Shown piece by piece: positions 1-7,861 of a DNA stretch of 46,442 nt. The notes under the pieces were generated by a model. The model ran no database searches and had not been told where the DNA came from. It saw nothing but the letters and a program-made list of their open reading frames with translations. Numbering within the stretch: position 1 is the first letter of the stretch; every line of letters starts with the position of its first letter. The stretch comes from Candidatus Micrarchaeota archaeon (lineage in GTDB: Archaea; Micrarchaeota; Micrarchaeia; Norongarragalinales; Norongarragalinaceae): assembly GCA_013360305.1 (NCBI GenBank), contig JABWCK010000002.1:1-46442 (forward strand), read 5' to 3'. The position numbers were made by a program, and so were the translations under genes.

Positions 1-57
1 TTGTCTGATGAAGACATGAAGAAGGTTTTGGAAGTTTTGAAAAAGCATGCAAAGTGA
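1..57 (+). CDS. 3' end of a gene truncated by the window edge, probably RNA polymerase subunit Rpo4 (RpoF)
   Basis: Frame 1 reads LSDEDMKKVLEVLKKHAK* (TGA at 55-57). The usual archaeal order is rpo4-DUF655-rsmA, so the call rests mainly on synteny. Confidence 0.6.
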   Translation: MSDEDMKKVLEVLKKHAK

Positions 58-62
58 GTTTA

Positions 63-623
63 ATGAAGAGGGAAGACTACGCTTTAGTGTTAGATTATTT
101 GCCGTACGGAAAATCTGGCGAGGCAGTGAAGGAGCCTCTAGCGATAGTTTTAGGTGACTCTCAGTTTACTTTGCTTGAAGTAGTTTTAAAGCCTGGCTTG
201 AAAGTCGACTTGTTTGAAAAAATCTATATTGGTTCTGATTCTCGCGATAAAGTTGACCACATCAAGCAAAGAATTGAATACTCTCATCTTACTTCTGGCG
301 CGTCTCGCGAGTTGGATGACGCTGTTAAGTTAATAGTCAAGACTAAGGAAGCTGAGTTCGTTAACTTCTTGAACAAGGCTGGGTCCTTAAGCATTCGTTC
401 TCACTCGCTAGAGCAATTGCCTAGTATTGGCAAGAAGCACTTGAGTGCTTTGCTTACTGCTAGAGAAAAAACTCCTTTCACTAGTTTTGAAGACGTTCAA
501 AAAAGAGTTCCTCACTTGATTAATGTAGAGGATATTTTCGTTCAACGAATAGTTTCCGAATTAAAAGGCGGAGAAAAATACTTCTTGTTTACTAAGCCCC
601 CAAGACGCGAAGAGCGTTATTAG
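63..623 (+). CDS. DUF655 family putative RNA-binding protein
   Basis: EDYALVLDYLPYG, FTLLE, HSLEQLPSIGKK (HhH) and PFTSFEDV motifs; lies upstream of rsmA. ATG at 63 preferred over GTG at 54. Confidence 0.85.
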   Translation: MKREDYALVLDYLPYGKSGEAVKEPLAIVLGDSQFTLLEVVLKPGLKVDLFEKIYIGSDSRDKVDHIKQRIEYSHLTSGASRELDDAVKLIVKTKEAEFVNFLNKAGSLSIRSHSLEQLPSIGKKHLSALLTAREKTPFTSFEDVQKRVPHLINVEDIFVQRIVSELKGGEKYFLFTKPPRREERY

Positions 624-625
624 AA

Positions 626-1354
626 ATGTTTCAGAAAAGGCTTTTGAGTCAAGTTTTTCTTTGCGATAGAGAAGCTATTCAAAACATTGCTGATTCTGTT
701 GCGTTAAAAGGAAAAACTGTTTTAGAGATTGGTACGGGCGAAGCGTTGTTGACTAGAGAGTTAGCGAAGCGTGCGAAGAAAGTAGTTTCTTTAGAAGTAG
801 ACAAGGAGTTAATGCCTAAGATAAACAAGAATCTTGATGGCTTGAAGAATGTTGAAGTAAACTTTATTGACGCTAGGCAAGCTAGTTTTGATTACGAAAT
901 CGTCTTTGGGAATATTCCTTACCACTTGTCTTCAGAATTATTGTTTAAATTACTAGATAGCAATTTCAAGCAGGCAGTGATCATGGTTCAAAAAGAATTC
1001 GCCGACCGGTTAATCGCTGAACCCGGCGGTGATGATTATGGCCGCCTGTCGGTAACGACTCAAGCTAAGGCTAATGTAAAGAAATTGTTTGATGTTCCAA
1101 AATGGAGTTTCGTGCCTGCGCCTAGGGTTGATTCGACTGTTGTTTTAATAGAAAAATCAGACAACGCGGTTTTGAATGAAGAACTAGTTCGCGCATTGTT
1201 TTCTCACCGCAACCAGAACGTTCGCAAGGCGTTGATTAATTCTCACTTGGTTTCGAAAGAAAAAGCTCAGGAATTAGCTGACTTGGTTGAAAACAAGAGA
1301 GTTAAGGAATTAACGCTCGAAGACGTTGAAGAATTGTCACTGGCGTTTCATTAA
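626..1354 (+). CDS. rsmA: 16S rRNA adenine dimethyltransferase (KsgA/Dim1)
   Basis: SQVFL, VLEIGTG, GNIPY, MVQKEFADRL, YGRLSV and FVPAPRVDS motifs. Confidence 0.95.
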   Translation: MFQKRLLSQVFLCDREAIQNIADSVALKGKTVLEIGTGEALLTRELAKRAKKVVSLEVDKELMPKINKNLDGLKNVEVNFIDARQASFDYEIVFGNIPYHLSSELLFKLLDSNFKQAVIMVQKEFADRLIAEPGGDDYGRLSVTTQAKANVKKLFDVPKWSFVPAPRVDSTVVLIEKSDNAVLNEELVRALFSHRNQNVRKALINSHLVSKEKAQELADLVENKRVKELTLEDVEELSLAFH

Positions 1355-2089
1355 AAACGCAGCAGCTCCGCCTAGTATTACGATGACTCCTGCTAATCCG
1401 ATTAAGGTGAAGTCTATTCCTCCTTGCGTAGTGCCTTCGGTGGATTCGCTTGTTGTAGCTGGTCCAGAGTCTAGTTGTCTGGAAATTACTTTAGGCGCGT
1501 CGTAATCGTCGAGTACCTTGTTGTCTAATTCTTTCTCTACAGTGTAAGACCTAGATTCGGTTTCGCCTGGGTCTACGTTATCCATTAGCCAAGTTACTAC
1601 CACAGACCCTTCTTCGAAGCGGAGTGGTTGAATGTTGAAGTCTATTAATTCTTCAGGCAACGTAGCGACTTCGGCGGGTAGTTTTTCTTTTACTAGTATG
1701 TCTTTTACTGGTGTTGAACCAACGTTTTTCACGTTCAAAGTGATAGTAGTGAAAGTCTTCCGTCCTTCGGGAGTGTCTAGTTCGTATGTTCTTAGTTGCC
1801 TCCAGTAAATTAGTTCGCCTTGGTCGCATACTAGTGGCTCGGTTTTTTGAGTGTATTCTTGAACGTTTGAGTAGAGAACATTAGCTCCGGTAGGTATTGT
1901 TTGAGTTGGTTGTATTGCGAATAACGGGTTGAGTAATTCTATGAATAATAATAGCCCCAGCACGAATCCGGTTATTGAAAAGATTGTTTTTACTGGGTGT
2001 TTTTTTCTATCGAGTCCGTAGTATATGGTGGCAAAGCTTGAGGCTAGTAGTAATAATACTCCTAGTAGTTGGCTTATGCTTAAACTCAT
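1337..2089 (-). CDS. Membrane protein with extracellular Ig-like (DUF11-like) domain and C-terminal TM anchor
   Basis: Two N-terminal hydrophobic segments, ITLNVKNVG...VKEKLP...WLMDNVDPGE...YTV pattern, and a C-terminal TM followed by KRQ. Confidence 0.6.
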   Translation of the reverse strand: MSLSISQLLGVLLLLASSFATIYYGLDRKKHPVKTIFSITGFVLGLLLFIELLNPLFAIQPTQTIPTGANVLYSNVQEYTQKTEPLVCDQGELIYWRQLRTYELDTPEGRKTFTTITLNVKNVGSTPVKDILVKEKLPAEVATLPEELIDFNIQPLRFEEGSVVVTWLMDNVDPGETESRSYTVEKELDNKVLDDYDAPKVISRQLDSGPATTSESTEGTTQGGIDFTLIGLAGVIVILGGAAAFLMKRQ

Positions 2090-2121
2090 GACAAAATAAG
2101 GGGGAAGAGGTTTTTAGTGTT

Positions 2122-3726
2122 TTAGTGTCCGTGTTCATCGTGGGTTGCATGAGATTCATGTGTTTCGTGTGTGTCTTCTACTGCGTGTTTTAGTGAAGTA
2201 ATTCTGTCTCTGTATTCGTCTTCAATTGTTTTTCTTCGTCCAAATAATACCATGATGATGACTACTGCGATGATTATTAGTATTCCAATGAAAAAGCTAT
2301 TTTGGCCTAGTGCGGTAAACAAGCCAGTGATTCCGCTTCCTCTTGCTGGTATTTTGTCGACTGGAATGGTTTCAATTGTTCGGCCGTCTGCTTCGATTAT
2401 TAAAACTGGTTCAGCTGCTTCGTCACTGTTTCTGGTTAGTAGTAGTGATACTATTTGACTGGTTTGGCCTGGGATTGTTATCAAGTCGCTTTTTTGCTCC
2501 CAAGAGTTTGGAACTCCTTCTAATCGCATTCTAACGTTTTGTAAATCGCTTAGTCCGTCGTTGTTGATTACTGCAGTGTACTTGTATAAGTCTTGAGAAA
2601 CGTTTGAGGTAGTAACGCTTGTTTCAGTTGAAGGCTTGTTTGTGCATGAAGTTATTTGGAATTGAATGTTTCCTGCAGAAGTTTTTCCTTCAAAGTCTTC
2701 GATTAATTTGATTTGCATTGTGCTTGAACCAATTGGTAACTCGCCTGGGTTTACTAGGAATTGTATTTGAGAAAACTCGCTTGGTCCTAATGATATTCTG
2801 TGAGGGTTTACTGAAACAAAGCTTGGTGCTTCAATAGTGAATGAGTCTTGTCCTGTTCCAGTGTTTTGAATGGTTCCGTAAAAAACAATTGGTTCACAAA
2901 CGTTTCCTTTGACGGTTAATGGAACGTCCAAGTTGGCTTGCCTGTCGTTTTCGACATCAAAACAAAATGATTGGTCGCCTACAACTACTCCTCCTACAGT
3001 TGCTTGAAGAGTCAAAAAGTATCGACCGTCTCTCACTCGTGAAGGGTTGACGTTTATGTAAACGCTGTCGACTTCATTTTTGCTTAAAGACAAGTGGTTT
3101 TGTGAGGGAATAGCGTTTAATTCTTCCTCGTTGCCGACTAGTCTCAAATCAATTGATGTTGAAGCGCCTTGGTTGTAAACGTTTGCTTTAATCTTAGCGT
3201 AAGAATCTGCTTTTACTTGCAAGCAACTGGTTGGTCCAGTTATTCTTACTTGGTAATCAGTTGGATCATAATAAGAATGTTTTTGAACAGTGCTGTATAT
3301 GGTTGAACCGTGTCCGTATTGGTGTGGTCCTTCAAAGTAATCGTAAGCTTGTCCCAAGTCGTACTTGTAAGAACAACTCTTTCTTGCGAGAACGTATACG
3401 CGAATGGTTTTGCTGACTGGAATGCATTCGTTGTTAGTGCAAGCTCTAGCGGTTAGTAATAAGTCGTATGATCCTTCTGCGCAGTCTGGTGCGGTTAAGT
3501 GCAAGTAAGTGCCGCGTGTTTTAGTTAAGTCTACGAATGAGTCTTCAAAAAAACCATTTAATGGTCCTAAATCTGCGTGGAATGATGCTGAGTCGAATCC
3601 TTTAGTGCTGATCCATGCGAAAACTCGTGCTTCAGTGCCTGAAATAGTTATCGAGTTGTCTGACGTTTCTAGAGAGACTGCACTCAATAAAGGCAATAAC
3701 AACAATAATGCAAGCAATTTCTTCAT
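2122..3726 (-). CDS. Secreted, C-terminally anchored surface protein with Ig-like repeats and His-rich cytoplasmic tail
   Basis: Signal peptide MKKLLALLLLLPLLSA; repeated xNxG beta-sandwich starts (VYNQG, IQNTG, INNDG); C-terminal TM, RRK and His-rich end. Confidence 0.7.
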   Translation of the reverse strand: MKKLLALLLLLPLLSAVSLETSDNSITISGTEARVFAWISTKGFDSASFHADLGPLNGFFEDSFVDLTKTRGTYLHLTAPDCAEGSYDLLLTARACTNNECIPVSKTIRVYVLARKSCSYKYDLGQAYDYFEGPHQYGHGSTIYSTVQKHSYYDPTDYQVRITGPTSCLQVKADSYAKIKANVYNQGASTSIDLRLVGNEEELNAIPSQNHLSLSKNEVDSVYINVNPSRVRDGRYFLTLQATVGGVVVGDQSFCFDVENDRQANLDVPLTVKGNVCEPIVFYGTIQNTGTGQDSFTIEAPSFVSVNPHRISLGPSEFSQIQFLVNPGELPIGSSTMQIKLIEDFEGKTSAGNIQFQITSCTNKPSTETSVTTSNVSQDLYKYTAVINNDGLSDLQNVRMRLEGVPNSWEQKSDLITIPGQTSQIVSLLLTRNSDEAAEPVLIIEADGRTIETIPVDKIPARGSGITGLFTALGQNSFFIGILIIIAVVIIMVLFGRRKTIEDEYRDRITSLKHAVEDTHETHESHATHDEHGH

Positions 3727-3743
3727 TTAACCACCATTCTAAT

Positions 3744-3848
3744 GTTACTATTACTGAGTTACAATATTTATAAACCTTTAGTTTGTTACTATTGGCCAGT
3801 AAAAACTTTATATACTAGTTGTTTAATATGTTACTATGCGTTAATGAC
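3744..3848. promoter_or_regulatory. Divergent promoter region with three TrmB-like operators (GTTACT-N7-AGTAAC consensus) and two TATA boxes
   Basis: Sites at 3744-3762, 3785-3803 and 3830-3848. TTTATAAA at 3767-3774 (minus-strand promoter) and TTTATATA at 3807-3814 with upstream A-run (plus-strand promoter). Confidence 0.65.
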
Positions 3849-3885
3849 GAATTTAACGCTTAATTTTATATAGGAGCTTTTAGTA

Positions 3886-4617
3886 ATGAACAACGAAATG
3901 CCCGATAGAGATACACTAAACCAATTGCGACAACTAGGTTTAAACGAATATGAGTCTAAGGCTTACTATGCACTAGCCAGCCATGGTATTCACACTGCAG
4001 GCGCTTTAAGCGAAAGAGCTGACCTTCCAAGAGCAAGAATGTATGACGTTTTATCTAAACTTCAAGAAAAAGGATTCGTTTCAATTCAACAAGGCCGTCC
4101 AGTAAAATTTTCAGCTTTGCCTTTAAGCGAGGCTGTTAAAACGCTCCGCAAACAAAAAGAAGCTTCTTTGCAAGACGAGTTAAACTTGATTGAAGGACTA
4201 GGCAAGGACTTGCAATCCAAGCTAAAGCCTTCAAGTGCTTCTTCGACGCCGACTGAAGAAATCGTTTGGTCTTTGAAAGGAAGAGATTCTATTTATTCCA
4301 AGATTGGCTCAATGATTGCTGACGCCAAGAAGCACGTAATTATTTCAAGCGGCGCTGAAGGCGTTGCTAGGAAACTAAAGTTTTTCTCTGCTGATTTAAA
4401 GAAAGCTAAAACGCGGGGAGCTGAAGTTACAGTTGTTTCTCCTGAAAAAATAGATTCAGAACACTCTGTTAAAATAAAATCACTGCCTACTCGACTGGTT
4501 TTAGCTGACGACCAAGCAGTCGTTTTCTTAAACAATGCTCAAGACCCTGAAGACGAGTTAGGCTTATGGTTGAAGAGTCCTCACTTCGTGGAAACAATCA
4601 AGCACGCAGTCAAATAA
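3886..4617 (+). CDS. TrmB family transcriptional regulator
   Basis: LGLNEYESKAYYAL, LPRARMYDVLSKLQEKGFV and GRPVKF wHTH signature; C-terminal WSLKG...MIADAKKHVII effector domain. Confidence 0.9.
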   Translation: MNNEMPDRDTLNQLRQLGLNEYESKAYYALASHGIHTAGALSERADLPRARMYDVLSKLQEKGFVSIQQGRPVKFSALPLSEAVKTLRKQKEASLQDELNLIEGLGKDLQSKLKPSSASSTPTEEIVWSLKGRDSIYSKIGSMIADAKKHVIISSGAEGVARKLKFFSADLKKAKTRGAEVTVVSPEKIDSEHSVKIKSLPTRLVLADDQAVVFLNNAQDPEDELGLWLKSPHFVETIKHAVK

Positions 4618-4619
4618 TT

Positions 4620-4928
4620 TTACTCTATTCTCTTTAATTCAAACGCATGCAATGCAAGAAACGCTTTAACGACTTTTTCTAAGTCTTCTTGTTCTTTGTG
4701 AATAAATCTTACTTTTCCACTTCCCCTATATTGCAAGTTAAAGCCTAGTAGCTTTGCTTTATTCATTAATGGAGTGTCTATTGCTGAATGCAGGGCTAGG
4801 AATCCTACTTTTCCTGTTTTGTTTAATTTAACTATTTCCGCTAGTAAATCCGTTGGAATTCTTGCAGATTGAATAGGGTAGTCGGCTAGTTCTAAAGCGT
4901 ATTTTTTGTTGATTTCTTCTTTATTCAT
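4620..4928 (-). CDS. Hypothetical protein
   Basis: ATG-started 102-aa ORF filling the gap; overlaps the upstream gene's stop (ATGA). Confidence 0.55.
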   Translation of the reverse strand: MNKEEINKKYALELADYPIQSARIPTDLLAEIVKLNKTGKVGFLALHSAIDTPLMNKAKLLGFNLQYRGSGKVRFIHKEQEDLEKVVKAFLALHAFELKRIE

Positions 4929-5215
4929 GTTGTTCTGTTAAATGGTTCAATATACGCGTGCACGTGCAGTCTATTGTTTTCAATAGAGACAGCTATGCCT
5001 TTTTTCCCATTAGTGCTTAAGTTAAGTCCCTTGTGCGGAAGTAGTTTTTTAGCAATTTTAATTGCTTCACCTACATGTTTCGCTTCTGTAAACTCGAAAA
5101 AAGCATGCTGTTCTTTTTTGATAATTTTAATTATTTTTAATTCGGGCTGCTGTTCAAGTTCTGAGTGCAAGTTGTTAACGAATGACGCAAATTTGGGTTG
5201 GAGTGGATTTGGCAT
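4925..5215 (-). CDS. Hypothetical basic protein
   Basis: Likely start MPNPLQ (ATG at 5215), which avoids overlap with the divergent gene; 96 aa. Confidence 0.5.
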   Translation of the reverse strand: MPNPLQPKFASFVNNLHSELEQQPELKIIKIIKKEQHAFFEFTEAKHVGEAIKIAKKLLPHKGLNLSTNGKKGIAVSIENNRLHVHAYIEPFNRTT

Positions 5216-5266
5216 TATAACTTTATTTCGAAAAAGATTATAAATTCTTTTTTTCACTTTAACCAC

Positions 5267-5434
5267 ATGGTTTTTTTCGATATTTGGTTTTTTATTGGCG
5301 CATTGTTTGTAGCAGTGTTTTTTGCTAAGATTAAAGAGCAATTCTTGCTAGCATTCAGCGATTTTGCTTCAAACCCTGGATTAGTAATATTGATTTTATT
5401 CTTGGTTGGTGTGGCGTTGTTTGTTGAACCCTAG
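5267..5434 (+). CDS. Small two-TM membrane protein
   Basis: Likely start MVFFDIW; two hydrophobic segments; 55 aa. Confidence 0.5.
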   Translation: MVFFDIWFFIGALFVAVFFAKIKEQFLLAFSDFASNPGLVILILFLVGVALFVEP

Positions 5435-5467
5435 ACTTTTTTAATCCCGCAATCATTCCTCTTATTA

Positions 5468-6598
5468 GTGAAAAAATTATTTTTCGTGTTAACCGCTTTA
5501 TTCTTGCTAGGCTGCACTATTCCGCAGGAAGTTGAAGACGCTATTCCTACCGTTATAATAACTCCTTTCCCTACTAGCGCTCCAACTCCTGTTCCTGACA
5601 TTCGCGTAGCAGAAAAACAAGCCATTGAATTCGAAGAACCTTTAATAGTGAAGGAGAAGGACGGCAAGCAATTCATTGTTTCTGACTCTGAGTTGTCTTA
5701 CTCTCAATCTCCTGACTTGATTTCTTCAATTGATTTTCCTGAATTCAATTCTACTCTTGAAAGAAACTTAAAGATTAGTGGTTCGGAAATGGTTGTCGGC
5801 GTTTTTTACAACGGAGAAGCTAAAGCGTATCCTGTTAGAATATTAAACTGGCATGAAGTAGTGAACGATAATTTTAGGGGGGAGAAAATAGTCGTAGTTT
5901 ATTCTCCTTTGACTTTCGCCGCAGCAGCATTCAAGAGAGCGTCACTGGATTTTGGAGTGAGTGGAAAGTTTTACTTGAATACTCCTTTGCTTTATGACCG
6001 CCAAACTCAATCTTTATGGCATTCTTGGACTGGATTCGCAATTCAAGGACAATACTCTGGAGACTCTCTTGAAAGTATTCCCGTATTCGTTGGTTCTTTC
6101 GGGGAATGGAATGCTACTCACCCGGATACTAAAGTATTAGACGCTCCGCGCGGAACTAGAGCCAAGCCTTACAATACGTACCCTTATGGCAACTATAATT
6201 CAAGTGAAAGATTGTTGTTTCCGTCTTTAAGCATTGACCAACGCTTGCGTGCAAAAGAACCAGTATTGGGCGTCGGGTTGAATGGTTATTATAAGGCGTA
6301 CAAGATTTCAACAATGCCTAACGCGTTGAATGATGAACTAGCTGGAACTAACTTAGTTTTATTAAAGAATCCAGTCAATAACGAAACTAGATTGTTTGAT
6401 AGGCGGGATTACTTGTTTTTCGCTAACGAGACGGGGTTGTTTGATTCTCAAACGTTCAGTCAATGGAATTTTGATGGTAGTATTAATTCAACGCGCAGAA
6501 GCAATTTAAGAAGCGCTAAACTCGACGAAGTTCCATCAATTAGGCTGTACTGGTTTGCTTGGAGTCAATTCCACGCTAAAACTGGATTAGAACGCTAA
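5468..6598 (+). CDS. DUF3179 family putative lipoprotein
   Basis: AKAYPVRILNWHEVVND, FGVSG, LLYDRQTQSLW, W-x-x-x-HPDT and YWFAWSQFH motifs; lipobox-like LFLLGC; Pro/Thr linker. Confidence 0.85.
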   Translation: MKKLFFVLTALFLLGCTIPQEVEDAIPTVIITPFPTSAPTPVPDIRVAEKQAIEFEEPLIVKEKDGKQFIVSDSELSYSQSPDLISSIDFPEFNSTLERNLKISGSEMVVGVFYNGEAKAYPVRILNWHEVVNDNFRGEKIVVVYSPLTFAAAAFKRASLDFGVSGKFYLNTPLLYDRQTQSLWHSWTGFAIQGQYSGDSLESIPVFVGSFGEWNATHPDTKVLDAPRGTRAKPYNTYPYGNYNSSERLLFPSLSIDQRLRAKEPVLGVGLNGYYKAYKISTMPNALNDELAGTNLVLLKNPVNNETRLFDRRDYLFFANETGLFDSQTFSQWNFDGSINSTRRSNLRSAKLDEVPSIRLYWFAWSQFHAKTGLER

Positions 6599-6637
6599 AG
6601 CTAGTGTTTGTTTTAAAAAATTCAGGGGAAAAAAACT

Positions 6638-7306
6638 TTAATTCGTTGCTGGTTCTTCTGCAGCTTCAACTTTCTTTTCTTCTTTTGCTACAGGAACGTC
6701 CATTGTTTCTTCAACGTCGAATACTTCAGTCAACTCGATCTTGCTTATTTCAATCCTGCGGATTGGAGCAATCTTGTTGATGTCCTTCATTAATGGGGGC
6801 ACGAATTTGTTAAACAACACTGCTCTAACGAATTCAGCGAATTCCATTTCGCTAGATTGCTTGACTATTTGTTCAGTTAAGAATTTTCTCAAAGAATGGT
6901 TTTGTTTCTCACTGCACCTGTTAGCGGTAATAATAACTGCTTTAGCTACGAAGTCGACTCCGTCTTTTGACTTGGTTGGAACAACGATTTCTAATGCATC
7001 GCGTCCTCTTCGTACTAGAGTGCTTAAGTATTCTTTAGCAATTGAGTGGCCGATGAATTTAGTGAAGGCTTTCTTTCCTTGCACTTCAGTTACTCTCAAC
7101 TTAATGCTGGTATAAATGTGATTGATGTCTCGAGTAATTTCTTTTAATGGCAATTTTAATACTCTGTTGGTTAGTGTTTCTTCTTCTCCAGCTGGAACTA
7201 CTGTGTTAGTTGGTACTTCGCCCAAAAACTTTGGAGCAATAATTGTATACCAAGACTTTGTCTTCCAAGTGTCGATGTTTTTCTTTTTGAATTCGCCAGT
7301 AGCCAT
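6638..7306 (-). CDS. rps3ae: 30S ribosomal protein S3Ae (eS1)
   Basis: DTWKTKSWYTIIAP, TKFIGH, LVRRG and KIAPIRRIEISK motifs. Confidence 0.95.
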   Translation of the reverse strand: MATGEFKKKNIDTWKTKSWYTIIAPKFLGEVPTNTVVPAGEEETLTNRVLKLPLKEITRDINHIYTSIKLRVTEVQGKKAFTKFIGHSIAKEYLSTLVRRGRDALEIVVPTKSKDGVDFVAKAVIITANRCSEKQNHSLRKFLTEQIVKQSSEMEFAEFVRAVLFNKFVPPLMKDINKIAPIRRIEISKIELTEVFDVEETMDVPVAKEEKKVEAAEEPATN

Positions 7307-7311
7307 TTAAT

Positions 7312-7761
7312 TTATTTCACCAATAATGTTGCTTCTTCAGGGTCGTACTTCCAGTTTTGTGGCAGTTTGTTGCCTCTGTAGTATCGAACTAACCTCTTGA
7401 TTTTTGATTCTACGTGAGTTAGTTTTACTTTGTTTGAAGTGTCAGTCTTGTTTTCTTTCAAGTGCTTTCTAACGCGTACAGCGCGTTTAATCAAGTTTAG
7501 CAAGTCTGAAGGGTATTCTTGAGTTACTTCTTTTTCCTTTAGTACTTGAGTAATTGTTTTTCCAGTGGCGGCCTTTACTGAAGGAACACCTTGCGCCTTT
7601 AATTCTTGGCCTATTGCTTCTGGTTGTTTTCCTTCCTTGGCTAGTTTTTCTACTAGCGAAATTATTTCGTCCTTAGGCATTTTAGTTGATTTTTTGAACT
7701 TCAACACAGCGTGCCTTTTAGAACCGCTCTTTCCTTTTTTTCGTGAATGTAGTCTAGCCAT
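7312..7761 (-). CDS. rps15: 30S ribosomal protein S15 (uS15/S13e)
   Basis: MARLHSRKKGKSGS, PSDLLNLIKRAV, ESKIKRLVRYY and WKYDP motifs. Confidence 0.96.
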   Translation of the reverse strand: MARLHSRKKGKSGSKRHAVLKFKKSTKMPKDEIISLVEKLAKEGKQPEAIGQELKAQGVPSVKAATGKTITQVLKEKEVTQEYPSDLLNLIKRAVRVRKHLKENKTDTSNKVKLTHVESKIKRLVRYYRGNKLPQNWKYDPEEATLLVK

Positions 7762-7861
7762 TTTAAAAAAATTACACCTTTGAATAGAAAATAAAAATCT
7801 CGCTTAAAGAATTTTCAGCTAAAACGAGCAATTAAGTATATGCCGTCTTGGGTTTATAAAT

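Noticed and set aside
7800-7830. AGCTGAAAA shared by the rps15 and rps2 leaders (minus strand)
   Set aside because: A 9-mer in AT-rich DNA at different distances from the TATA box; too weak without comparative data.
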